Assembly (NCBI RefSeq): GCF_001194135.2
Contig: NC_068982.1
Span: 13,698,700-13,762,699 of the forward strand
Direction: 5' to 3'
Length of the DNA stretch: 64,000 bases
Source: Octopus bimaculoides
Lineage: Eukaryota
The translations under genes and the position numbers were made by a program. Positions 37,758 to 51,809 of the stretch are shown piece after piece. The notes below the pieces were generated by a model. It was not told the DNA's origin. It saw only the letters and a list, made by a program, of their open reading frames with translations, and did not search any database. Each line of letters opens with the position of its first letter. Within the stretch, counting starts at the first letter, position 1.

Positions 37758-37995
37758 TTATAATAGTTTAATAATAGGCAGCAAGCTGGCCGAAACGTTA
37801 GCACACCGGCTGAAATCCTTAGCGGTATTTCGTCTGCCGTTATGTTCTGAGTTCAAATTCCGCCGAAGTCGACTTTGCCTTTCATCATTTCGGGGTTGAT
37901 TAAATAAGTACCAGTTACACACTAGGGTCGATGTAATCAACTTAATCCCTTTGTTTGCCCCCTATATGTTTAGCCCGCTGTGGGCAATAAAGAAA
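37758..37995 (+). mobile_element. Family B SINE, full length
   Basis: GGCAGCAAGCTGGCCGAAACGTTAGC head, core, tail TGTGGGCAATAAAGAAATA. Confidence 0.92.
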
Positions 37996-38203
37996 TAAAT
38001 AGTTTAATAATAGGTTCACTCAGTTCCACACGATTCAATAATTTGTAGACACAAATGTGCAGCCACATCCTTAAGTGTATAGAATCAGAGTGAAGAGAAC
38101 TTTAAGACAGATCCTTTGTAGATAAGAGTATTTGGGGGCCTCCATTGGTCAATCCAGCTCATGTGAATCATTTGATAAAGTAGTGGTACTATATAATTTT
38201 ATA

Positions 38204-38630
38204 TACCATAAATCCTCGAGTATAATCCACACTTTTTCCCCAAAATTTAAAGGTCAAAATTTCTAGTGCGTACTATACACGAGGTTAAAAATAAAAAAAT
38301 ATTTTCTAAGCAAAATTTTCCAAGTGAAAATATGTAAAGGCAATTTACTTGATATTTATTTCTCACTGACATTATTACTGCTATTTCTTTATTTTCTTCA
38401 AACAAAGTGCACAAAAAAGCTACACGTTTGCATTATGTTATATATACAATAATAATAAAGGACGTTACCGTATATACGTTTACAAACTAGGGACGTTATA
38501 TAGACCTCCTTGACTCAACTTAGAGAAGGGGTGCGTATTATACACAAGGTTTAGGTTTTTCAGCTCTACAGCCCCCTAAAAATCTCCCGGGTATTATATT
38601 CAAGGGCAGACTATACTTGAGGATTTACGA
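38204..38630. mobile_element. Tc1/mariner-superfamily (Tc2/pogo-like) MITE
   Basis: TA-CCATAAATCCTCGAGTATA ... TATACTTGAGGATTTACGA TIRs; second copy at 58292. Confidence 0.88.
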
Positions 38631-39038
38631 TGTTTCTACATGGTAGAAGGAAACAATCTATCCATGTGCACATGTGTGTGTGTGTGTGCATGCACACATG
38701 TGTCTGAGGTAAAGCAGACCTCAGTATTAAACCATAAATGTTTCTCTTTGTGGCTAGTGAATGCAGATTATTCTGATTAAATTCAAAGTAAATTGGTCTG
38801 TCTGATTTGCATAAGTTGTAACCAAACTTAATTAAAATAAATATCTCAAGGAGACTTCATTTAAAAAGTATTATTACAAGGAACTTTGTTGCAAGTATTT
38901 ACATTCTTAGCTCATATACATGCTTTCCAAGACAAAATTCTGGCTTCTTCCGTTCCAACTTTGAATCCCAAAGTGATAACCTTTCCCCTTCATCCTTTCA
39001 GGATCAATAAAGTACCAGTGAAGGTGGTGAACTAGCAG

Positions 39039-39070
<32 letters not shown>

Positions 39071-39159
39071 GAATATAATATAATATAATGATAATGATAA
39101 TAATAATAATAATATAATATTGGGGTTAGTAGCCAGTGCTCTTAAACACTATGCCATAT

Positions 39160-39370
39160 GCCTGTGGGCAATTATCGAGTGAATTTTAGGGCTTATAAAT
39201 CTCATAATAATAACATTGAAAAATACCTTAGGAATGAGAACCCAGGTTCGAAATTTCCCCAAGACACGTGATGAAGGCTGGAGGGTATATCAGCCAAAAC
39301 GTTGTGTTCACAACAAACAAGATGAGGACAAATATCCACCCCAGACAAAACAGTAAATAATGTAAATAAA
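39160..39370 (+). mobile_element. Penelope-like terminal remnant
   Basis: TGATGAAGGCTGGAGGGTATATCAGCCAAAACGTTGTG matches the CTGATGA..CGAAACGT pseudo-LTR motif recalled for PLEs. Confidence 0.55.
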
Positions 39371-39384
39371 GTAAAATATGTTAT

Positions 39385-39511
39385 TCTTTGTCAGCCTAGC
39401 ACTGATTTTGCCACTCTCTTTTGCTGAACTGCTAAGTTACAGGGTTGTAAACACACCAACACCAGATATCAAGTAATAATGGGGGAACAAACACAGACAT
39501 ACACACACACA

Positions 39512-39558
<47 letters not shown>

Positions 39559-39990
39559 GATGTGCTTCTTTGAGTTTCTGTCTACCAAATCCACTCACAA
39601 GGCTTTGGTCAGCCTGAGGCTATAGTAGAAAGCACATGCCGAAGGTGACACACAGTGGGACTGAAGCCAGACCCATGTGGTTGGGAAGCAAACTTCTTAT
39701 TTCTTTATTGCCCACAAGGGGTTACACACAGAGGGGACAAACAAGGACAGACAAAGGGATTAGGTCGATTACATCGACCCTAGTGCCTAACTGGTATTTA
39801 ATTTATTGACCCCAAAAGGATGAAAGGCAAAGTCCACCTCGACGGAATTTGAACTCAGAACATAATGGCAGACGAAATACCACTCAGCATTTTACCATCA
39901 TGCTAACATTTCTGCCAGCTTGCTGCCTTCTTACCATACAGCCACTCTTACCATACAGCCACTTACCATACAGCCACTTACCATACAGCC
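39385..39990 (-). mobile_element. Family A SINE with nested family B SINE (~39699-39927) and quadruplicated A-box
   Basis: CTTCTTA duplicated at both junctions; TTACCATACAGCCAC x4 at 39931-39992. Confidence 0.88.
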
Positions 39991-40534
39991 ACTCCTGCCC
40001 CTATGTAGATTACAATCTCATCACTGCTCTTTTACACACACACATGCACAGCTTGTGTAAGATACCTTACAGAAAAATATTTAATTAACTGCATTAAAAA
40101 ATATGTATTTATTCTATTGTGATATAATTTTGGCATTCATTTCTGTAGTGAAAGCAAGTTCGGTCTGAGAAGGGTTAAAATATGAAGAACAACAATAAAT
40201 TTCAGTTTATTCTTGTTCAAGTTTCAATTACAATGAAGATAATATTTGATTAGTTACTTGTATGTCATTAGTTCATCTAAGTAGAGCAGGTGAAGAATAA
40301 CAGACAGACAGGGGGAAGTGTATTTCATTGTGGTGCCACTTACAGCTTTAGTTTTTCTTAAAGTATGAATATTTTGAAAGTTATCAAATACAAAATTCTT
40401 TTATTTTCTTACTTGTTTCAGTCATTTGACTGCAGCCATGCTGGAGCACTGCCTTTAGTTGAGAAATTTTATACCGAAAAGCCAATTCACATAGCCGTAT
40501 TAATGTCACTGGGGATTCAAAACGTGCATGCAGG

Positions 40535-40767
40535 TACAGGTATGGCTTTGGGATAAGAAGTGTGTTCCCGAACCACATGGTTCCAGGTTCAGTCTCACTG
40601 TGAGGCACCTTACAGAAAGTGTCTTCTTCTATAACCTCAGGCCTTGTAAGTGGATTTGGTAGGTGGAAACTGGAAGAAACCCATCGTGTGTGTGTGCGTG
40701 TGTCTGTCTCTGTGTGTGTGTGTGTGTGTGTGNNNNNNNNNNATCGTGTGTGTGTGCGTGTGTCTGT

Positions 40768-40806
<39 letters not shown>

Positions 40807-41095
40807 TGTCTGTCTGTGTGTGTGTCTGTATGTGTGTGTGTGTGTCGGTGTGTGTGTGTGTGTACCTGTGTGTTTGTGTGTCTTTCTGTATGTTTTTGTC
40901 CCCCACCACCGCTTGACAACCAGTGTTGGTTTGTTTATGTCCCCATGACATAGTGTTTCAGTAACAGAAACCAGCAGCATAAGTACCAGGTTTAAAAAAG
41001 GGAAAACTAAAAGGAGCTGATTTGTTTGACTAAAAATTCTTGAAGGCTGTGCCCCAGAATGGCCACAGTCTAATGACTGAGACAAGCAAAAGATA
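40535..41095 (+). mobile_element. Family A SINE with expanded (GT)n
   Basis: Head, core and tail visible. Confidence 0.88.
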
Positions 41096-41589
41096 GAGGA
41101 TAGGAAGTGTACTGTGGGAGATAAAGTGAATGCAAGATGGATGGTAAGCAGTTTCTGCACAAGGAGAAGTTATGAATTTGAGAAATAGAATGATCATGTG
41201 AAGATTCCATTTACTGAAAGCTTTATTTTAAATGGAAAGTTGCAGTAGACACACAAGAAACACAATGTTTTGATAGAAATATGATTAATATCTGATTAAT
41301 GAATCATTGTATTGATCGGTGCATTCACTCAAACCAACGAGGAAGTCTCTAAATGGTTGTTCAGTCTGGTAAAAATAGCAGTCAAATCACTGTAAAAATT
41401 ACATCTTTTGCATGAACCAGTCTTTCCAAAATAAAGAGATGTGGATATTTTGGGGATTTTAAAAAAGAGAAGTGGGGAAAAGATTTTGAAAAAAAAAAAA
41501 AAAGCTGGTCAACAGACAAAAAATATTAAACATGGAGCCAAGATTTAAAAGTTTGAATGAAGGCTTCCATAGGAATTTTGAGAACTAGT

Positions 41590-41812
41590 GATATGCGGCT
41601 GCGTGGTAAGTAGCTTGCTTACTAACCACATGGTTCCGGGTTCAGTCCCACTTTGTGGCACCTTGGGCAAGTGTCTTCTACTATAGCCACGGGCTGACCA
41701 AAGCCTTGTGAGTGGATTTAGTAGACGGAAACTGAAAGAAGCCTGTCATATGTACATATACATANNNNNNNNNNNNNNNNNNNNNNNNNNNNNNNNNNNN
41801 NNNNNNNNNNNN

Positions 41813-41849
<37 letters not shown>

Positions 41850-42080
41850 GTATGTATGTATGTATGTATGTATATGTTTGTGTGTCTGTGTTTGTCCCCA
41901 CAACATCGCTTGACAACCGATGCTGGTGTGTTTACGTCCCCGTCACTTAGTGGTTCGGCAAGAGAAACCAATAGAATAAGTACTAGGCTTGCAAAAAATA
42001 TATCCTGGGGTCGATTTGCTCGACTAAAGGTGGTGCTCCAGCATGGCAGCAGTCAAATGACTGAAACAAGTAAAAGAGTA
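41590..42080 (+). mobile_element. Family A SINE
   Basis: Head, core and tail visible. Confidence 0.92.
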
Positions 42081-42724
42081 AAACAGAGAGTTTGAAAGAT
42101 AACAAATGGACAGGTCTTTATATTATTCATTAAATTTCAAACATGTTCCAAAAAATGTCTTGAAAATAAAAGCAGATAAGAAATAAAAATATAAAAATGT
42201 GAACACACAGAGACAAAAAAAAAGAAGAAAAAAATGAATCGCCAGATAATAATAGAACCATTATTCTGCTTTTGGAAAGGAATAAAAACCACAAGGAAAG
42301 TAAATGTTTTTGTTTTTAAAGCGAAAGCTAATATAAGGAAAAACTAAAAGTACTTCACCCTTGGAAATCATAAACAGTAATCCCTTGGCTATCATGGGTG
42401 TTATGTTCTGAGACCTCCCACTGAAATAATTAGAATCTAAAAGAATGTAAATACCTATTGGCTGCAAAAACCCGCGATATTCTGAGGAGTCTGTGATATA
42501 AATTTACATATATTAGCCAGAAAAAGCCATGATGCACTTAGGGTGTGATAGGTGAACCACGATGTGGCAAGGGATTACTGTATCTATCTTAAAAGAGTTA
42601 CCAACAATGGAGACCTGACCCCAGAGATTGGCCACAATTGTGGTCTGGCTGCTGGAGTTACATACTTCCGATAGAAGCCTTTCTGGCCCCACTGCTCTAT
42701 CTCCTGGATAACGAAGCTCCACAT

Positions 42725-43233
42725 CAACCGACAAAATAACACTAAGCATTTTGCCTGGTGTGCTAACGTTTCTTATTTCTTTATTGCCCACAAGGGGCTA
42801 AACATAGAGGGGACAAACAAGGACAGACAAATGATTAAGTCAATTACATCAACCCCAGTGCGTAAGTGGTACTTATCTAATTGATCCCAAAAGGATGAAA
42901 GGCAAGTCGACCTCAGCGGAGTTTGAACTCAGAACATGACGGCCGACGAAATACCACTAAGCATTTTGCCCGGCGTGCTAACAATTCTACCAGCTTGCCA
43001 CCCAATAATAATAATAATCCTTTTTACTATAGACACAAGACCTGATATTTCGGGAAGGGGACTAGTTGATTACACTGACACCAGTGTTTCAATGCTACTT
43101 CATTTATTGACCCAGAAAGGATTAAAGGCAAAGTTGACCTCAGCAGAACTTGATCCGAGAATGTGAAGACAGATGAAATGCTGCTAAGCATTTTGCCCAG
43201 CCTGTTAACGATTCTGCCAGCTGACCACCTTTC

Positions 43234-43276
<43 letters not shown>

Positions 43277-43480
43277 GTTTCAAATTTTGGCATAAGGCCA
43301 GCAGTTTTGGGAAGGAGTAAGTCGATTACATTGAACCCAGTACACAACTGGTACTTATTTTATCATCCCTGAAAGGAAGAAAGGCAAAGTTGACCTTGGC
43401 AGAATTTGAACTCAGAACATAAAGACAGATGAAATACCACTAAGCATTTTACCTGGTGTGCTAGTGATACTACCTGTTCA
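42725..43480 (-). mobile_element. Cluster of 3-4 co-oriented family B SINE copies separated by (ATA)n
   Basis: Repeated GGCAAAGTTGACC..GAACTCAGAAC..CTAAGCATTTT blocks. Confidence 0.88.
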
Positions 43481-45749
43481 ATGCCTTCTTTAAGTATGTT
43501 ATATCAGTAGAGATTTTTTTGTAAGAGATTTTCATATTTCCATGTAAATCCTTCGCAGTTTATTTGTTTATGTGAAACAAAGAAGTTCCTAAACTCATTG
43601 TTATCAAAATTTGCAGACTAGCCCAACCTCATCAAAGTCAGGAGTGCTGTTGCCTAATGCACTGCCTCTTTTACAGTGAGGAACTTCTGCTTCTACCAAC
43701 TTATTGCAAGAATTTAGCTGCTAAGAATTTCATATTACCAGGCATGTATCTTACCCATTAGTATTATGTATCATTAATCATCTGCTTATCCTGTTTGTGT
43801 TATCTGTTTTTGATTGTGCGTTTAATTTAACTTGGTATTGTGATATGAGCATTTCTTTCATAATTAAGCCTCTCTTTTTATGAGGAATTCTATTTAGTGT
43901 GGGTGTAATATCTATTAACATTTTCTATCTAGTTTTGTTTATGATGTGCAGTATTGTAATTCCTGCTTATTGTTTATGCATAAGGGAGTGCTGTGCTCAT
44001 ATGGTTAATGTAACAGTTAGAATCATCAAGTTTACAACTTATAGATTTACAGGTGAATTTATAAATTATGAATGATGACATGTAATTATAAAGGCCAAAA
44101 TATATACTTGATACTGTGGGACTCTGTCAAGTTCAGACAGTAAAGCCTGCATAAATAAAAGTCACCTGTTATGTAGGTGGCAGTTTATAAGCGAACAACA
44201 CTTTATATTCAGATGATGAGACAGAGACAGTTTGACAACACCAATAACAATGAATTCAAGAACTTCATCTTGGAACTAAGTGAACTGGGCGATCATATAC
44301 AGAAATACAAAAATATCTTCATAAGAAAGATTAAATTGGAAATTCTGTTTTTGATATGTCTAAAAGAAATATTGTTTCCCACATACACAAATACACATAC
44401 ACACATATATATATACACACACGTTATATTATATTGAATTATTTTATATTAATAGGAGTAATAGTAGCTTTATTAAGAAGCATTAGAATTGACTCAACTG
44501 TGAAACTGCACTTCCTGTCTAATTTTACTGCAGTATTAGGATGATTTACCTCATAATGAAAACTAATCAACTGCCACATTAATTTCTACCGTAAGTAGTA
44601 GTAATAAATTTTTAAGACTATAAAAACGATAGTGGTATTCAATAAAATAATAATTTTAATTACTGTTTTGTAAAAGAAAAAGAAAATAGAAATTTGTTTT
44701 GAAAACTATTTTCTAGAATTATAATTTGTTTGTGAGAGTGTTTTGTAAAATGCTTTGTATGTGATGTAGCTTGTACAATTGTTTATAATTAAATGACTGG
44801 AATAAATAGGAAAATGTTTTTGTGTCTGAAGTGATAGAGTGAGGGCCCACCAACTGTGGAGTTAAAGGTTATTATTGCTTCGTTGGTCAGACATTTAACT
44901 CTGAATGGCCCTATAGAAACACTGAATATTGAACAAAGAGTTTCATTAGTTTTGCAGCCTAAGGTTTAAATTTTCCATACAGACTGAAGTAAACAACAAG
45001 GAACTTCTCAAGTGCAATATATCTTGAAAATTCAATAGAAATTACAAGATCTTCAAAGGTCAGAATTGAAATCAGCTAGGGAGTTAGTTGCTAACAGTAA
45101 AAAGTTATAAATTCTAAAGAATATTAAATATACTTTATAATAATACCTTGCTTATAGACCATGCAGTTTAGAAATAAATATTTAATTCACAATAGGGGAA
45201 AAATTCATGATATTATAAATAAAAATCAGAAGAAAAATATGAGCCAGAAGCCATCTATATTAAAACATTAGATAAAAATGTAATATCAGCTGACTTTTTT
45301 TATCAACTTTAGAAGTGAACTCTTTGAAAATTCAATTATAAAATATAGTTTTCTATGTATTAAATTCTGTGGTTACTGAGTTCATACACAGAAGGATTTT
45401 TTAATACTAACTAGTGTAACCATTAGTTTAACATGAACTTTTAACAAAAAAAGTTCTATTTACACTTGTTTTACTCGAAAGTTCTCAAATTACACTATCT
45501 GCTACTGACTTGAAGAAAAAAATATTCTCTACTATTGAAGAATTATAATAACTTCAGGATGAAGTATAAATTATCATGAATAGGAATTAATACTCAATTC
45601 TAGATGATGACAGAAGGCCACAGACTACCAGTTTCATTTTATCGAATTCTGAGAGCTGAAAAGCAGTTGGTTTTATTCAGTTACAAAACTGTATTTTCTT
45701 CTTTTAAAAATGAAATGAATTTAGGCGATAATTTCAAACACCATGTATT

Positions 45750-46155
45750 TACTCCCTGTTTTGTTTCAGTCATCTGACTGTGGCCATGCTGCAGCACCGC
45801 CTTTAGTCGAGCAAATCGACCCCAGGACTTATTCTTTGGAAGCCTAGTACTTATTCTATCGGTCTCTTTTTGCCGAACCACTAAGTTACGGGGATGTAAA
45901 CACCCCAGCATCGGTTGTCAAGCGATGGTGGGAGTGGGACAAACACAGGCACACAAACACACATACATATATATATATATACATATATATACGACGGGCT
46001 TCTTTCAGTTTCCGTCTACCAAATCCACTCACAAGGCTTTGGTCGGGCCCGAGGCTATAGCAGAAGACACTTGCCCAAGGTGCCATGCAGTGGGACTGAA
46101 CTCAGAACCATGTGGTTGGTAAGCAAGCTACTTACCACACAGCCACTCCTGCACC
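45750..46155 (-). mobile_element. Family A SINE, young
   Basis: Near-consensus, CpGs retained. Confidence 0.95.
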
Positions 46156-46387
46156 TATATTGTTAGTAATTATATTGAAGTTACAAAAGAAAACCCCTAA
46201 AAATTATGGAAACTGAATTGCCGAAGATTGAATAAGTATTTCGTTGAACTCAGAACATTGGCAGAATGGAACAAGATACAACTCAGTGTTTATTTCATCT
46301 CTCACCTTTTTGAACCCTATTTTTCATAATTTGTATTAATTGCGTAGGTTGGTATGAAATTTTTAAACTTAATACTGGATATCTCAC

Positions 46388-46421
46388 CATAAGAGTGACA
46401 CTTGGAATATCTTGAATATAT
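46388..46421 (-). CDS. Candidate 34-nt exon (IYSRYSKCHSY or YIQDIPSVTLM)
   Basis: Tandem acceptors ATTTCAG/ATTTCAG, donor ATG|GTGAGA. Confidence 0.35.
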
Positions 46422-46984
46422 CTGAAATTGACTGAAATATACAGATGTGTTTCATTAGAAATAGGTCCTAAATGATTAATGCTATTTAAGAAACTAAATT
46501 TATTTTAACTCAGAAAGCACAAAGCTAGAACAGATATTGCAAAGCATTTCATCCAATGCTCTGAGAATTATATTGATCCTTTACTCTGTATTTTTTTTGG
46601 TGGGGTGGTCTTTTGGTCTTTTTTTTTTTTTGTCATTCTACCAGTTTTTTTTTTTTTTTGTCATTCTACCCAGGTCAGCTTTGCCTTTTGTCCTTTTGAG
46701 GTACCCAAAGAGATAAATGGTAAAACTGACTTTGGCAATATTTGAACTTAGAGAGTTGGGACAAATACCACAAGGCATTCCATGCAGCACTCTAACAGAC
46801 TATGGTACATAGTGCAGCTACTGGCCTTGCCATCTCCTGTCAAACTGTCCAATCCGTGCCAACAGTGAAAACAGATGTGAACTGATGATGTTGATGACAT
46901 TAATTACTACACCTGTACACCAAGGACAGGTGTAGCAATTAATAATAGATATAATGGAGATAATAATAGTTTATAATGGAGCAA

Positions 46985-47533
46985 CAAGAGCTGATCTAAA
47001 AGTATCTGGACTGGTGCTATAAAAAGAAAACTACAAGACATATCATTTTGGCATTTCATCTCCTTCGAAGTAGCCCCCTTCTGAATCCATGCACATTATC
47101 CAGTGTTGTTCCCATTAGTAGAAGCATTCCTGGAACTCCTGTTTTGGGGATAGCGAGCAACTGCATCCTCTTGGATTTCCTTAACATCTTGAAATCTTTT
47201 TCCTTGCAAGTGAGGTTTGATTTTTGAAAAGATTCTTGACCATAAATAACCTTCAAGCCATGTCTCTTTCTCTGTTCACACACACACACACACACACATA
47301 TACATACACATTTTCTCTGCTGTGGTCACTGATGGAACATCTGGGGTGTGACCACATTCTAAACACTTTACTTTGAAGCACTGCTATAAACAATGAAAGT
47401 GAGCAGGAAGGTCATAACTTACTGTTCATGCTCATCAGAGTTGAAGGTCAATCTGTACCAAGTGGCTTTACTCCGCATATTTTAGTTCCATTACCTTGGC
47501 AACAGTCCCAATACTTTTTGATCAGACCTCGTA
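46985..47533 (-). mobile_element. Internally deleted mariner (TIRs plus transposase C-terminal remnant)
   Basis: TIR TACGAGGTCTGATCAAAAAGTATTGGGAC at the right end with diverged partner at left; minus strand encodes ..GKRFQDVKEIQED..AIPKQEFQECFY*WEQHWIMCMDSEGGYFEGDE. Confidence 0.8.
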
Positions 47534-48029
47534 TGCTTACAATTCCGTCACTAGAGATATAATGCATTGTTGAGCAAGAAACCTAACACTTAATAGCTAA
47601 GTCCACTTTTGGAAACTTATAAGGAGGAACAAATTATTGATTTTAGTGAAATATATTGCATAATTGATAGGCATTGTCATTATTTTGAAGTGGTACCTTA
47701 TAAGTACTCCATGGGGTACTATAACCATAAGTGTGTCATAAGTAGTAGGGTCAGTGATTGCTAATTTCATAAGAATGTTTTATTTTCTTGGTTTCAGGCA
47801 ATTTAAATGAATCAGAGAAATGTATAAGGATTACTACAATTATATCAGGTTGGGCAACCATGTATTTTCTTTGCGGTAGTACACCTGTTTCTGTCTTCAT
47901 TCTTGATCTTTTTCTCTCTGGCCGGGTAACTTTGTACTTCCTCTACAGCAAGACACCTGCATCTGTCTCTATAACCTTTTCATCATCACCTCCTCTCCTC
48001 GTAAAAGTCTTTTGTCTTGCAGTTACTTA

Positions 48030-48335
48030 GTGACCCTATCAGGGCAGGTGACACTTAAAAGCACCCAGTCCACACTGTAAAGTGGTTGGTGTTTGGAAGG
48101 GCATCCAGCTGTAAAAACATTGCCAAAACTGACCTCGCCTGTGCTTGTGCCATGTAAAAAGCATGAAGTCCACTCTGCTGAGTGATTGGTGTTAGGAAGG
48201 GCATCCAGCTGTAAATATCCTGCCAAAGCAGTCACAGAAGTCTAGTGCAGGCTTCGGCCTGGCCAGCTCTTGTGGTACCGTCCTACCCATGCTAGCATGG
48301 AACACGGACGTTAAATGATGATGCTGATGATGATA
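48030..48335 (+). mobile_element. RTE-tail retroposon with duplicated tail motif
   Basis: Two GGAAGGGCATCCAGCTGTAAA motifs, ends (GAT)n. Confidence 0.85.
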
Positions 48336-49314
48336 ACCTACCTTACCACAAAATCTTTGGCATCATACCTGCCTGACAATAGCAAAGTTATTCTTCACAT
48401 AAGACACAGTGACATAACAAACAATGCATGGAACTGGACTGCTTGTTAAATGAGAGAGAGGTTGTTACTGCAAAATATGACTTTATCAATCCAGCATAAA
48501 GGATCTTCAGAAACATCATTATAATATTGCTTCAAAAAGGGATTAAAAGTAATATTATACACAAGAAAAAGCAAAGCAAAATAAACCAAATTCAGAATTT
48601 CATATATTAATTGCATTTTTCTGAATATTGGCAGAAACTTTAATATCAACATTAACTTATTTTGAAAAACCTTATATATATATTGTTTCCTAATTGATTT
48701 TCTTGGAAGAAAATGTATGTAAGATTGGGATAAAAAGTTATTTTCAGTATTTGAAGGAATGGACTGCTGGCGATTAATGAGCCATTAAAAAACCATTAGC
48801 AAGACATTTCAAGAACCTGATTTTGGTTTTATAGACAAATGCCTAGATAAGAGATAGTGAAGATTCTATATAATGTCTTGTCCAATCAATATTTTCTCCA
48901 ATAACGATTTCATGTGAATGGAAAATAAAACAAATAAAAATGAAAGTTTGAATGGAAAACAAATGCTAAAATGAAAAGAAAAGAGAATATTTCATTAGAG
49001 TCTTCCTTTGAGGAATGTCTGCATAGGTAATATCACTCTTTCTGCTGAAATCTTTTGGTGTTTACTGATTGTGTTGAAATATTTTTTACATTTATTTTAT
49101 ATTATTTCACTTCTTTATTCATTTTTCTTTGTTTTTTTTAAATAGTCTTCTCTCAAATAGCTTCTAAAAGCCAAATTTTAAACTTTCAGTAGTTTTCACT
49201 TAAGGCAATATTTTATATATATATACACACTTATTATGGAAACATATGCATGCATGTTGATATATATGCATATATGTATGTATATATGCGCATATATATA
49301 TATATATATATAAT

Positions 49315-49705
49315 AGGCGTAGGAGTGGCTGTGTGGTAAGTAGCTTGCTTACCAACCACATGGTCCCGGGTTCAGTCCCACTGCGTGGCATCTTGGGCAA
49401 GTGCCTTCTACTATAGCCTCGGGCCGACCAATGCCTTGTGAGTGGATTTGGTAGACGGAAACTGAAAGAAGCCCATCGTATATGTGTATGTGTGTGTTTG
49501 TATGTCTGTGTTTGTCCCCCCAACATCGCTTGACAACCGATGCTGGTGTGTTTATGTCCCCGTAACTTAGTGGTTCGGCAAAAGAGACCGATAGAATAAG
49601 TACTAGGCTTCCAAAGAATAAGTCCTGGGGTCGATTTCTTCGACTAAAGGCGGTGCTCCAGCATGGCCGCAGTCAAAAGACTGAAACAAGTAAAAGTGTA
49701 AAAGT
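49315..49705 (+). mobile_element. Family A SINE, young, ending in (AAAGTGTA)n
   Basis: Near-consensus. Confidence 0.95.
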
Positions 49706-49925
49706 GTAAAAGTGTATATACATACATATATATATATATACACATACATGTATATATATATAAATATATATTCATATATGCACTTATGTGCATGCATATA
49801 TAAATATATGTGTTATATATATATACATATATGCTAGCATTGACCGACGATGGACATTAAATAATGATGATATACATATATATGTGTCTGTATGTATATA
49901 TACATACATATATATACACACACAA

Positions 49926-49965
<40 letters not shown>

Positions 49966-50040
49966 GTGCTTACTAGACATGTATGTATTTATGTATATAT
50001 CTATCTTTCTACTATCTATTACCTATCTATCTATCTATCT

Positions 50041-50080
<40 letters not shown>

Positions 50081-50412
50081 GAGGGAATGCAGAGACATGT
50101 AAAAGTAACAAACTTTTGCAAGGAGCAAAACACAACAATTGTTGCATGTTTAATGTGGTTACGACTGCCATTGGTTTGGTGTGATGGCTGCTTGGATAAC
50201 AGCAACAGTATACTATGAAGCATTTCAAATTTACATCAACTTTTCAGGTTGTTTCAGCACTGCTGGATGACTGAAAGTACTGTTAAAAATACTGAAAATG
50301 TAGACATCTCTGGCTGACAACCAATAGAGGAAGTGTCCTCTAGTGTAAGCCATATGGAAGTATATGCATGCAAAACTCACACATATAGATTTATATATAT
50401 GTATGTGTATAG

Positions 50413-50452
<40 letters not shown>

Positions 50453-51809
50453 TGTAAATGCAAAAATAAAAACAAAGCACAAAGGATTCTGCGGTACACA
50501 TGTTTCAAGCTTTATAGTTGTTACATCAGTGTATAATTGACATTATAAAGCTGTCTTCAGCCGCAAATGTATTTTCTCTCAAGAATTATATCACATAGAC
50601 GTTAAAGGAGGAAGAAAGATGAGATATAAGAGGTGAGGTTCCATTTGGTATTTTGCATCGTAGAATTCTTAATTTGATATATTTATACATAATTTCCTCG
50701 GTACTCCGGAATCCGTCCATACCTTGCCACAATTCAGTGTGTCGTGAACAATACTATTTTATATTAGTTAGAAGGGTAGTGTTAAAGGAGGGAATAAGTT
50801 GGTGGTTAAAACAATATAACAAAAATGAAATAATAATATAAAACAAAGTAAGGAATATAAAATACTAAGAAGAAAAAAAAATATACACAGATATTCATAC
50901 AAAAATAAGAATAAAAGGAATCAAATCGGTGGGGTGGGTAATCTAAGAAACAATAAGAGAAAATCTGGATAGTAAAGTAAGATACATCTAAGCTATTTAG
51001 ACGGGTTGGAGAAGGGTAATGAGGAGAAATCTAAATGTAGAAGAAGATAAAAAGAAAAATAGATATAGATACAGAGATCTTAAAGGTCGTAAGGGATAGA
51101 TATATATGAGCTGTGTTTGCCTATATCAGTGGTGGGTCGTAAATAAGTAGTGTCAGGTTAGAGTAAACTTGAAATATGATATTCTTGTGGTGAGTGGTCA
51201 ACCTAGGTGAATTACAACTTAATTATATATATATATATATATAATATAAATAATATATAAACATATGCATATATCCATACCTACATTTATATGTATACAT
51301 ACATGCATATATGGGTACAGGACATCACAAAAACATGTTAAACACAATGAGAAACGAAAACATAAACACGAAAACAGAAAACGAACTTTTTTCGAACAAC
51401 GAAAAAACAGGGAAGCATATACATATATGTATGGACATATATATATGGATTTACTTTTCGTAATGAGATAAAAATACCAAGGCTGTGTAGATTTTAGAAC
51501 ATTTATAAATAGAAGGTCTTACAGCTGTTTCCAGGATATTTATTATATCCCTTCATCGGAGACGGTGTGAGAAGATGGTTAAGCAATAGTTAATTTAGAT
51601 AAGATACGGAATAGAGAGTGAATTGGAGGAACGAAAATAGATGTGTGATATGCAGGGATATTGTATTTGTAAATCCATTATTTAGGTAGAATAGTATACA
51701 TATAAGATTCCAATACCTTATGAGTAAAATCCAATAGTCTTTAAAATTGGTCATTCCAAGTATAGAGTTTATACACAGTATTATTGAATCAAGGGTTTTA
51801 TATATATAT

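Noticed and set aside
42513-42791. 92-aa minus-strand ORF
   Set aside because: Starts inside a SINE head; remainder has no recognisable motif
11326-49526. Recurrent ORFs such as MPKVPRSGTEPGTMWLVSKLLTTQ and EDTCPRCHAVGLN.EPCGW
   Set aside because: Antisense read-through of family A SINE heads, not a gene family
50650-51600. Purine-rich stretch resembling Penelope remnants
   Set aside because: No translatable RT or GIY-YIG motif; too weak to call
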